The notes below the pieces were generated by a model that had not been told where the DNA came from, searched no databases, and saw only the letters and a program-made list of their open reading frames with translations. The position numbers and the translations under genes were made by a program. A stretch of 29,183 nt of DNA from a virus: positions 1-29,183 of IMG/VR virus record IMGVR_UViG_3300033182_000875; one strand, given 5' to 3'. Positions within the stretch are counted from its first letter, which is position 1; every line of letters begins with the position of its first letter. This document shows, in pieces, positions 9,151-16,443 of the stretch.

Positions 9151-10968
9151 TTACCCTTGTGTATTGTAGTCGTTTATTGGTGTGTATTCCAACACGAATC
9201 TGTATTGAGTGATTTTGTTGTATCTGTTTTTGAATTCCTCAATCATATCTGTCCTTAATGTAACAGGAAGGAGATAAGGGTTGTATTCTTTCTCCGTTCC
9301 CAATTTGTGGTCCTTCATAATATAAACCTCAGGGGACATGAATAGGTCTTCAACAATCTGTAAGTCATTGTCCTCCAAATACCATGTGGATACATTCATC
9401 GTCTCCACGATGTCTTGGTCAAATATCACCTGACGTCTCTCACTTGAAAGTTGAGAGTATACCGACAAGTTTCGGATACCACCCTGTTCGTAAGTCTTCC
9501 TTAGAATACTCTTGGTCTCCACACTCTTTCTGTCCAATGTCCATGTATCCCAAACTCCTTGACGGTTTAAGAACAACACATGGACAGGGTCACTCAGACA
9601 ATCATCTTCCTCAATGTAAAACTCAAGTAGTTCACTGTATGCGTATCCGTCATATTCGTAATCACCAACATCACCTGCCGTCCAAAACGCAATCTTACCA
9701 CCAGGATTTCTTGTTGATGTTGTCGTGTTTAATGGATAAGTCATGAAACTCTTGATGCTCTTATTGGTCGGTGTTCTTCCTGTGAAGGTATTTCCGTCAA
9801 TGGAATATTCTGAGATGGACGCTGCGTCATATGAGGTTTGGTCAGCACTGGTAACCATCGTAAAACATCCAAGGTCATTGTCAAATTGGAATTCTGTATC
9901 CGTTGAGATTTGACCATTGAACCAACTGACAATAATCGGACAGTCAGGGTGGTGTCTTCGTCTGCGTGCTCTTGAAGTGGTGGAACCGATGTTATTATCG
10001 TTCACATAAAAGTGTTGTGGTCCCGCAGTGGTCAAGAACAAAGATGGTTCTTCATCATTGACCGTGGTTCCACTCATTCTGTATTTCTTCACTTCCCAAA
10101 ATTGATGTGAGTTTTCAGGTGAGGTTGAATCCCAATATGGATTGTTGTATACACTTGAGATGTACGACCCTTCATCCAATGATGTCCCCGGCCAGATGTA
10201 TACCGCTGGTGGTGATAGTGATGGGTCATATTCTGATGGGTTGTTCTGTCCTGAATCCACCCATTCTTCACCGTCATAAGTGAAGACCCATTGAATACCT
10301 GAATATTTCTCTTCCACCACAATCGTATTTCCTGATGCGGGAATTGGGAAGGCCGTTGATAGGGCAACAGAACCGTCTTCTGTGGAGGTTTCCCCTGATG
10401 CGGAACCAACCCATGTAACACCTTTTTCATATGAGGAACCTTCCACGATTCCTGAACCTGCCCCATACCAATAAATGGTTGAACCGACCAATTCCGCATA
10501 AAACGATGAACCTGGTTCTTGGGATTGGTCAGAGATGTTGATGATGGTTCCCCCTGATAAAGACCATTGTTCACCAACCATCACCCTGTAATCTCTTACA
10601 TGGTATCTCTGTGGATATTTGGAATTTCCGATGTATGAGTTTTGATTAAACGGACCATTGGTATTGGATACCAACCCATAAGCCGTTGTTCCTGTTGTTG
10701 ATACTGATGTCCATTGGGAGTTATCACTCATCGCATTTCCTTGAACGTAATTTTGAATGATTTTGTCCACGTTGATGATACCCACACCATAAGTGTTTGG
10801 TGAGACCAACATCCTTGATACTTTGGTTGGGTTAGATGTGGTGGTATCCACATAGATGTCCACCACATATCTGAAATCTGTATTCCCCGTATTTGGTGAC
10901 GAGAAATTGTATATGTGTTCCACATTACTCGGAGTGAGTGGTAGTGGTCGTTGTAAAACTGTTATCAT
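9151..10968 (-). CDS. Tail structural protein of unknown family.
   Basis: 605 aa, Ser/Thr/Gly/Asn-rich. Its start forms an ATGA overlap with the upstream gene, and only a 3-nt gap separates it from the downstream gene. Confidence 0.5.
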   Translation of the reverse strand: MITVLQRPLPLTPSNVEHIYNFSSPNTGNTDFRYVVDIYVDTTTSNPTKVSRMLVSPNTYGVGIINVDKIIQNYVQGNAMSDNSQWTSVSTTGTTAYGLVSNTNGPFNQNSYIGNSKYPQRYHVRDYRVMVGEQWSLSGGTIINISDQSQEPGSSFYAELVGSTIYWYGAGSGIVEGSSYEKGVTWVGSASGETSTEDGSVALSTAFPIPASGNTIVVEEKYSGIQWVFTYDGEEWVDSGQNNPSEYDPSLSPPAVYIWPGTSLDEGSYISSVYNNPYWDSTSPENSHQFWEVKKYRMSGTTVNDEEPSLFLTTAGPQHFYVNDNNIGSTTSRARRRRHHPDCPIIVSWFNGQISTDTEFQFDNDLGCFTMVTSADQTSYDAASISEYSIDGNTFTGRTPTNKSIKSFMTYPLNTTTSTRNPGGKIAFWTAGDVGDYEYDGYAYSELLEFYIEEDDCLSDPVHVLFLNRQGVWDTWTLDRKSVETKSILRKTYEQGGIRNLSVYSQLSSERRQVIFDQDIVETMNVSTWYLEDNDLQIVEDLFMSPEVYIMKDHKLGTEKEYNPYLLPVTLRTDMIEEFKNRYNKITQYRFVLEYTPINDYNTQG

Positions 10969-11522
10969 GATTCTGTAAGTTTTAATACTGTGTTGTTTAA
11001 GAATTGTTCCACCATCTCCTCAAACTTTTCGGGGAATACCTCCTCAATAAGTTTGGTGATGTTTTCAATACTGCGTCCGTAAAATCCTGTCGGTTGTATT
11101 CCGAACTTCCAAATGTTACGACGAATTGCGAAGGCTGCCGAGAGTGGGTTCTGAAAGCCTTTACCACGAGCCCATGATTCAAGAGCCGTAATAAAAGGGG
11201 AGTTTCCACCACTTCCTTTTCCATTCAAATATTGTGGTTGTGGATTGACTCCTCGGTCCACGAATTGTCCATACCCAAACATCTCAATGTCCAAAGAGTT
11301 TGTTTCAGGATTCCATGTGGTGGTGATACTGTTGGAAAGAGCACCCGAACCGAACTGAGACTTGGGTGCGTTTCCTGCGTATGCGGGATTACGACCCTGA
11401 CCATACGCATTCCCATCATAACCTGGTGCGTATGAATAGAGTTGGTTGAGTTCCAACTTGAAAGTCTCACTCAACATGGAACCCCATTGAACCATAAACA
11501 TTTCAAATTGCTGTTCGTCCAT
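10965..11522 (-). CDS. Hypothetical virion protein.
   Basis: 185-aa ORF, translationally coupled on both sides (TAATG and ATGA overlaps). No family recognised. Confidence 0.6.
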   Translation of the reverse strand: MDEQQFEMFMVQWGSMLSETFKLELNQLYSYAPGYDGNAYGQGRNPAYAGNAPKSQFGSGALSNSITTTWNPETNSLDIEMFGYGQFVDRGVNPQPQYLNGKGSGGNSPFITALESWARGKGFQNPLSAAFAIRRNIWKFGIQPTGFYGRSIENITKLIEEVFPEKFEEMVEQFLNNTVLKLTES

Positions 11523-12025
11523 TATTCAAAATCATTGATTGGTGAGACACACCTGTCAAGAGGTGAATCCACCACGATGTTTAATGTGGTATTCCATCCA
11601 ACCAAGATGTCGTCGTATCTCTCTGAGAACGGGGTCATCTGAGCAGGAAGGGTGATGTCGTACTTTGATTCGTAGTCACCATCTGCTGTGGTCACCGCAT
11701 ACTTGAACTGAGCGAGGATGTCCTCACTGATTTGTAAGGTGTCCGAGAACAAGTCCGTTTCAATGTCGTAGTTCTTGGTGTTCATAATATCCGCAATGAT
11801 GATTTGGAACGGATACGTGATTTGTCTCTCATCACGGGTAACCACCTGAGGGATGACAAACATCAACGGGTAAATGGGTTCACTGTTTTCCGTGTTGTCC
11901 TCCCCGTCAATCTGTTGGGTAAGATAAATCAGTTGGGTGATGTCCCCCGTCCCGAAGGAGTTAATCTGTTTGTGTTTGTCCGCAAGGAGGGACAAGTCAT
12001 CAATTATGTTTTTGTAATTTATCAT
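11522..12025 (-). CDS. Hypothetical virion protein.
   Basis: 167-aa acidic ORF. Its ATG forms an ATGA overlap with the stop of the upstream -1-frame reading frame at 12022. Confidence 0.6.
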   Translation of the reverse strand: MINYKNIIDDLSLLADKHKQINSFGTGDITQLIYLTQQIDGEDNTENSEPIYPLMFVIPQVVTRDERQITYPFQIIIADIMNTKNYDIETDLFSDTLQISEDILAQFKYAVTTADGDYESKYDITLPAQMTPFSERYDDILVGWNTTLNIVVDSPLDRCVSPINDFE

Positions 12026-12797
12026 TTTCTGAATTGTTTTTCCATTTCTCTGTTTCGTTTATTGGTAAGGTCACTCATATACGTCATAAAGTTCAAGACC
12101 TCAAGGTGATGTTTTGAAACCACCCTGTCAATGTTGAGAATGTTCTCCCCTGCCAGATAGACGATTGTTGAATACCATCCAAACGGGTTTTTATCCATCT
12201 CCTCAAATTGTTCTTCGTCTGAATCATCCACCATCTGCTCAGGAAAGAGTAAGGGGTATTTTGACGTAAGATGGTTCCGATATTGTAAAAAAAAACCATC
12301 GCTCCGTTGAGGTACTTCATGGGTAATCGTCTGAAGAGTTCTGCGTTCTTCTTAATCCTGTCAATCTCATAAGGGAGGTAATCCCCGTTTTCATCAACCT
12401 CGTGATACAACATACTCATGAACAAACTGAGTTTAACTTTCCTCTCCGTCTCAGGGAGTTTTAAGTATTCGTCAATATCAACGAATTGTCCGAAGGTCAT
12501 GTTCCCCATATCAAAGAACTTGTATGTCTTTCCCGCATATTCAAAGGTCTCGTAAAACTTGGTGGACTGATTCAGGTAATAATCAATAATTCCTTCGGCA
12601 GCCGTAATGACCGATGATGCGGATGCTTGAGAGATTTCGTCCTCATCCAATCCTGTTGTCCATGAGATAAGGGATACCCCCATCTCAATGTCGTTCTTCC
12701 AGTTGATGTGGTTGGAAATCATCCCCCACGTATCCAAGGTCGGTTCTTTGACCTCGTATTCTTTTCCATCGTATTCAATGTAATGGGTTTCCTTCAT
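12022..12797 (-). CDS. Tail-assembly-chaperone-like protein. The 258-aa product requires a -1 shift at the U9 run. The 0-frame ORF as given is 12093..12797.
   Basis: The 0 frame after the U9 run becomes Trp/Arg/Gln-rich junk-like sequence. The -1 frame is open from the run and encodes plausible protein (DDSDEEQFEEMDKNPFGWYSTIVYLAG...). The -1 frame ends in an ATGA overlap with the next gene. Confidence 0.55.
12287..12295 (-). other. Slippery homopolymer (U9 on the mRNA): candidate -1 programmed frameshift site or homopolymer assembly error.
   Basis: The minus strand reads ATG GTT TTT TTT TAC. This contains the heptamer U UUU UUU in the X XXY YYZ register of the 0 frame. Confidence 0.5.
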
Positions 12798-12802
12798 ATT
12801 GG

Positions 12803-12810
12803 TAAATATA
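12803..12810 (-). promoter_or_regulatory. Late-class -7-like box TATATTTA, 5 nt upstream of the ATG at 12797.
   Basis: The minus strand reads AAATATATTTACCAAT-ATG in the 33-nt gap after terL. The box is embedded in the 10-bp palindrome AAATATATTT. Confidence 0.35.
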
Positions 12811-12830
12811 TTTGTTTTGATTGTCTCACT

Positions 12831-14057
12831 TTAATACAGGTAATAAGAACCTGTGGTTTTCTTTTGTTTGAGGGTGTTGTAACAAATCGCAAGACTCATC
12901 ACACAGTCATCGTGGTGTCCCGTCATCGCCTCATACCTGATGGTCCTTGACTTTGGGTTGTATTCAAAGGTGAAGACCTTCATCTCATTATACAGATAAG
13001 GGAACAACTCGGATGTTGGTAACTGGATGGAACGCTCATTGGACGCATAAATCAAATCTTCAATGATGTTGGTCTTACTGCTATTTGTCGTCACAAATGG
13101 GTGGACCTGTTGGTATCGTGATTTGATTTGTTCGTAGATGACATCCCCGACATTGTTGACCTCAATCCCCAACTGACAATTGTATCTCTTACAAATCTTA
13201 ATGACGTTGTCCACCAATACATCCCATGGTTTGTGTCGGTCTCGGTAGATGTTGACCACCCTGCCGTTTTGGTCCATGATGGTCAGAACCGTGTAATCGT
13301 CATTACGACCCAAATCCAATCCACCGTAGTATTTCTTCTCAGGTCTCTTGGGTTCCCATTCGTGGACCGTACAATACTCGTCCAACTCCTTGAAGACCTC
13401 ACCACCTGAGTCAATGAACTCACCCATTATCTCCTGTTTGAAGACCTCCTCAGGTAATGTCCTTCTCGCCTCTTCCAATTCCTCTGCTGAGATGAACGGG
13501 GTATCGTATGATGTTCCCCGTAAGGTGAGGTATGACTTTTGGTCGTTGTCCAATCCTCGTTGGTTCAAGGAATACAGAAAGTTCTTTCCCTTTGGAGTGG
13601 ATATGAACAACACCTTTTTCCCTTTGACCAATACTGTTGGTTTTAGGACCGTATCCCAAACTTCTGTTTTCATGAATGCCGCCTCGTCACAGATGAGGTA
13701 ATCCAAGGTGTGACCCCTGAGTCCATCAGCCCTCTCAGCAGACCTGAACAGAATCTTACTCCCATTGACAAAGGATATTTCCATCTCTGAGATGTTGGTC
13801 TGTTTGTGGACGGGTGTACCCTTGATTGCCTTATCAAGAATTTCAAACGCATTCTTGGATTGTTTGTATATGGGGGATACCCACATACATTTGGTGTTGG
13901 ACTTACTCAATCCCCATTTGAGTATCATGTTAATACCCAACATGGTCTTACCCCACTGACGACCAGTAGTTAAGACCACGTATTTCTCCTCACCTTGTTC
14001 AATGAGGTTTATCTTCTCCCTTTGGTCGGGATGGGGGGTAAATCCTTTTACCGTCAT
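12831..14057 (-). CDS. terL: Terminase large subunit.
   Basis: 408 aa. Walker A-like TTGRQWGKT and Walker B-like YLICDEAAF are present, together with a C-terminal RNase H-like nuclease motif, GGLDLGRNDDYTVLTI. Confidence 0.9.
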   Translation of the reverse strand: MTVKGFTPHPDQREKINLIEQGEEKYVVLTTGRQWGKTMLGINMILKWGLSKSNTKCMWVSPIYKQSKNAFEILDKAIKGTPVHKQTNISEMEISFVNGSKILFRSAERADGLRGHTLDYLICDEAAFMKTEVWDTVLKPTVLVKGKKVLFISTPKGKNFLYSLNQRGLDNDQKSYLTLRGTSYDTPFISAEELEEARRTLPEEVFKQEIMGEFIDSGGEVFKELDEYCTVHEWEPKRPEKKYYGGLDLGRNDDYTVLTIMDQNGRVVNIYRDRHKPWDVLVDNVIKICKRYNCQLGIEVNNVGDVIYEQIKSRYQQVHPFVTTNSSKTNIIEDLIYASNERSIQLPTSELFPYLYNEMKVFTFEYNPKSRTIRYEAMTGHHDDCVMSLAICYNTLKQKKTTGSYYLY

Positions 14058-14206
14058 TTCATAATACTTTGGATGTATTGGTCAATGGAGGTAAATCCAT
14101 GTTTTTGTTTTTCCTCTTTGAGTTTCTTATGAGTCTCTGACTTCACATAAATCATCTTCGTGTCGTACTCGTAATCTCTTCCTCCAGTTTTTCTCTTAAT
14201 TTTCAT
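14054..14206 (-). CDS. Ribbon-helix-helix (Arc/MetJ/CopG-like) DNA-binding micro-protein, 50 aa. It is absent from the ORF track.
   Basis: My own translation is MKIKRKTGGRDYEYDTKMIYVKSETHKKLKEEKQKHGFTSIDQYIQSIMK. It shows a beta-strand then helix-turn-helix pattern. Its ATG overlaps the terS end by 11 nt, and its stop forms an ATGA overlap with the terL start. Confidence 0.6.
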   Translation of the reverse strand: MKIKRKTGGRDYEYDTKMIYVKSETHKKLKEEKQKHGFTSIDQYIQSIMK

Positions 14207-14648
14207 CTCCGAATTTGAATGTTATTTCACCCATGTGGTTGATGTCAACCGCATCAGGTTCGTTTAGTCCGCCCATTCTCGCAAGGTCGTTAAGGGTCTG
14301 TCGGGCGGTATTGAAATCCCCTTTGTCCACACTCTTGGAATACAAGTCCCAATATGCGTTGATGTGTTTGGTAATCATCTTGTCCTTTTCCATTTTGAAT
14401 TTCTCCTCCACGGTTTTCCATGAGTCCTTCCAGTATTTGTTACAACGGTCTTTGGAAAGTGAGAAATTCTTCTTACACCATACGATGTATTGGGTGTATG
14501 AGATATGGTCTTGGAATATCTTGTCAATGGACCTTTTCCTCAGGTCTTGGATTTCCGCATTGGTGAGGGTTACGTTCTTACTCCCCTTTGGTCTTCCTCC
14601 CTTATTTTTTTGTGGTTCGTTTTTTTCCATTTGTAGTTTTTGTATCAT
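14196..14648 (-). CDS. terS: Putative terminase small subunit.
   Basis: 150 aa. It has a basic N-terminal DNA-binding stretch (KNKGGRPKGSKN) and a helical body ending in ARQTLNDLARMGGLNEP. It lies upstream of terL. Confidence 0.55.
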   Translation of the reverse strand: MIQKLQMEKNEPQKNKGGRPKGSKNVTLTNAEIQDLRKRSIDKIFQDHISYTQYIVWCKKNFSLSKDRCNKYWKDSWKTVEEKFKMEKDKMITKHINAYWDLYSKSVDKGDFNTARQTLNDLARMGGLNEPDAVDINHMGEITFKFGDEN

Positions 14649-14904
14649 TATTTACAATCAATCTTTTATACTCGTGATGGATTGCGTTAACCACTCGTAT
14701 CACACAGTCTTTACAGTTCCTGTTGAACGCATTTTGACTGGGGAAGAGTTGGAAGTATACGTCCTCCACGAAGTCCCATTTTTCGTTGTTCATTGACGAC
14801 ATTCTTGATGTCATTTCGTATGCTTGTTTGAGGTCATCCAAATTGACGTTGGTCAATGAGGTTATGTTGTTTCCTTTCTTTTGTTTACAGGTGTTACATC
14901 CCAT
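14602..14904 (-). CDS. Small CxxC...CxxC (putative zinc-binding) protein with a basic tail.
   Basis: 100 aa. Cys pairs lie at C3/C6 (MGCNTC) and C64/C67 (NCKDC). The gene overlaps the sigma-like gene by 11 nt and terS by 47 nt. Confidence 0.55.
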   Translation of the reverse strand: MGCNTCKQKKGNNITSLTNVNLDDLKQAYEMTSRMSSMNNEKWDFVEDVYFQLFPSQNAFNRNCKDCVIRVVNAIHHEYKRLIVNNDTKTTNGKKRTTKK

Positions 14905-15415
14905 CGTTATTGATTTTGTTTTCCCATCGTTTATTGAGTTCGGATTTGATGTTTCTGATGTATGTCCCGACGCTGTTTAAGGGGATGGTGGTTTCCTTGT
15001 GGACTCCCACCAGTGTTCCTTGTTCCAACCACAAGAGGAAGAGGTCTCTTTCAAACCAATCAAACTCTTGTAGTTCTTGGTATACCCAATCCATGGTTGG
15101 TTCTTGATTGGTATGTTCTTGTTCGTACCGTTCTTGGTTTGGATTGAACTCCGTGTGTTTATTACGGAGTTTTATCCTTTGGTATTGGAACGGTGATGTT
15201 GAAGAATTCCAATTGTTTTTGACCACCCTTATGAAGTAGTATTTCTTCTGTGTGTCGGGGACTTCATTGAACTTATCGGGTTTGTTGAGGATTTGGTATA
15301 CGACATCAGAGAAGAGGTCGTCCGTTAATGCGTCCCCTTTTGTTATCTTTGTCGTAATGTCCCTCAACTCGTCGTAATTTTTGTTGAACCAATCATTCAG
15401 ATTCATCCCATCCAT
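14894..15415 (-). CDS. ECF-like two-domain sigma factor (regions 2 and 4 only).
   Basis: 173 aa. The N-terminal stretch YDELRDITTKITKGDALTDDLFSDVVYQIL...YYFIRVVKNNW fits the region 2 pattern. The C-terminal stretch FERDLFLLWLEQGTLVGVHKETTIPLNSVGTYIRNIKSELNKRW fits a region 4 HTH. It is the first gene after the early terminator. Confidence 0.55.
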   Translation of the reverse strand: MDGMNLNDWFNKNYDELRDITTKITKGDALTDDLFSDVVYQILNKPDKFNEVPDTQKKYYFIRVVKNNWNSSTSPFQYQRIKLRNKHTEFNPNQERYEQEHTNQEPTMDWVYQELQEFDWFERDLFLLWLEQGTLVGVHKETTIPLNSVGTYIRNIKSELNKRWENKINNDGM

Positions 15416-15418
15416 TTA

Positions 15419-15430
15419 CAATAAATATAA
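15419..15430 (-). promoter_or_regulatory. Late-class motif TTATATTTATTG, 3 nt upstream of the ATG at 15415.
   Basis: Identical 12-mer to 4030..4041. It lies 19 nt downstream of the terminator at 15450..15475. No -33 TTTG is present. Confidence 0.45.
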
Positions 15431-15449
15431 GGTTTTTGTATAAAAAGAA

Positions 15450-15475
15450 AAGGGGATGACATTACTCATCCCCTT
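15450..15475 (-). terminator. Rho-independent terminator closing the early region.
   Basis: AAGGGGATGA pairs with TCATCCCCTT: a perfect 10-bp stem with a 6-nt loop. On the minus strand it is followed by TTCTTTTTA. It lies 5 nt after the stop of the 15481..15705 gene. Confidence 0.85.
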
Positions 15476-15480
15476 TGTTG

Positions 15481-15705
15481 TTAATTCAAAAGATTGTCGT
15501 CGGTGACTTGTCCGACTTCAATGTCTGTGTCTGCCAGTTCTTCATCAGGAATGGTCATGACCTTGATGAGAAGGTTGATGGGTTCATCGGTGACTTCTTC
15601 AATCTTCTTGGTTTTGTGGTTGATGATGTACATGGTCAGGTATTCGTATTCTTCCACACAGGTCATCATGAGTTGTCCGATTTGTTTCTGTTCTTTCTTT
15701 GTCAT
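15481..15705 (-). CDS. Hypothetical early protein with an acidic C-terminus.
   Basis: 74-aa ORF with an ATGA overlap to the upstream gene. No family recognised. Confidence 0.55.
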   Translation of the reverse strand: MTKKEQKQIGQLMMTCVEEYEYLTMYIINHKTKKIEEVTDEPINLLIKVMTIPDEELADTDIEVGQVTDDNLLN

Positions 15706-16436
15706 TTCGTTTGTTTGTATTTTGTGATGATTGTTGAAACGGTCCCCCTTGAGATTCCAACTTTCTTTGAGATTTTTTTTTGTGAGAGTCCTTGGTTGTA
15801 AAGTTCCATCACCTCTTCTTTGTGAATGGTTTGTTTGTTTGGTTTTGTCGTCCCGTATTTCTTGAGGATTCTTGTGATGGTTCCATTGGAGATTCCTGTT
15901 TCTTCTCTGATTTGTTTGACATCGTATCCTTTGTTTCTCAGGGCCATGACCTCGTCGTGGTGCTTTTCCACCAAGGTCACCTTTCTCTTTCTGTTCTTCC
16001 CCTTGTAGTTGGTTTGGTAACCGTGTCTTGCCAGCCAGTAGTAAATACCTGACTCAGACAGTCCGATGGTTTCCGCAACCTTTTTGTATGAGACTCCCTT
16101 CTTGAGTTCAGAGATGATGTAGTCCAAATTGTCTTCCACCTTTGAACGTCTTTCAGGAACGGGTTTCCATCCACGGTTTTCATACCAACGGTTCAATTTG
16201 TGGTAGTTAAGTTTCAAACCTTGAGAATGTCCCTTTTTGTCTCGGTTTCTTTCTGAGTATCCCAACTCCTCCACTGCGTCAGTCCAAGAGAGGTAAGGGT
16301 CTTCACACAGGAGATTGTACAACCTTCCCATGAAATCTGCTGAAAACTTTGACTGTTGAGCCAGAACGGCTCTTCCTTTGGTGATTGGTTTGTCTGACCA
16401 ACTGTTGAGTCTTTGTTGAATTTCTTTGTAGTTCAT
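15702..16436 (-). CDS. DNA-binding protein with three tandem helix-turn-helix modules.
   Basis: 244 aa. Three modules are evident: KKGVSYKKVAETIGLSESGIYYWLARHGY, NKGYDVKQIREETGISNGTITRILKKYG and NQGLSQKKISKKVGISRGTVSTIITKY. Confidence 0.7.
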   Translation of the reverse strand: MNYKEIQQRLNSWSDKPITKGRAVLAQQSKFSADFMGRLYNLLCEDPYLSWTDAVEELGYSERNRDKKGHSQGLKLNYHKLNRWYENRGWKPVPERRSKVEDNLDYIISELKKGVSYKKVAETIGLSESGIYYWLARHGYQTNYKGKNRKRKVTLVEKHHDEVMALRNKGYDVKQIREETGISNGTITRILKKYGTTKPNKQTIHKEEVMELYNQGLSQKKISKKVGISRGTVSTIITKYKQTK

Positions 16437-16443
16437 GGTGCTC

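Noticed and set aside
12807-12814. Plus-strand matches to TAnnTTTG here and at 4039..4046, 24816..24823 and 19535..19542, which could suggest rightward promoters.
   Set aside because: No credible plus-strand gene follows any of them. They arise from the A/T palindromic context of minus-strand motifs and from the AT-rich intergenic composition.
14215-14796. A long plus-strand ORF of 193 aa lies antisense to terS and the CxxC gene. Similar antisense ORFs occur elsewhere, for example 5394..5813, 9384..9746, 3394..3705 and 16714..17082.
   Set aside because: They lie opposite minus-strand genes that have recognisable motifs and tight translational coupling. They have no upstream promoter motif. 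Their composition is hydrophobic or low-complexity, as expected from reading coding DNA in reverse. I treat them as shadow ORFs.
15773-15781. An A9 run (on the mRNA) inside the triple-HTH gene, as a second candidate frameshift site.
   Set aside because: The 0 frame continues into a well-formed third HTH module and ends in an ATGA overlap with the next gene. No alternative frame gives a plausible extension.
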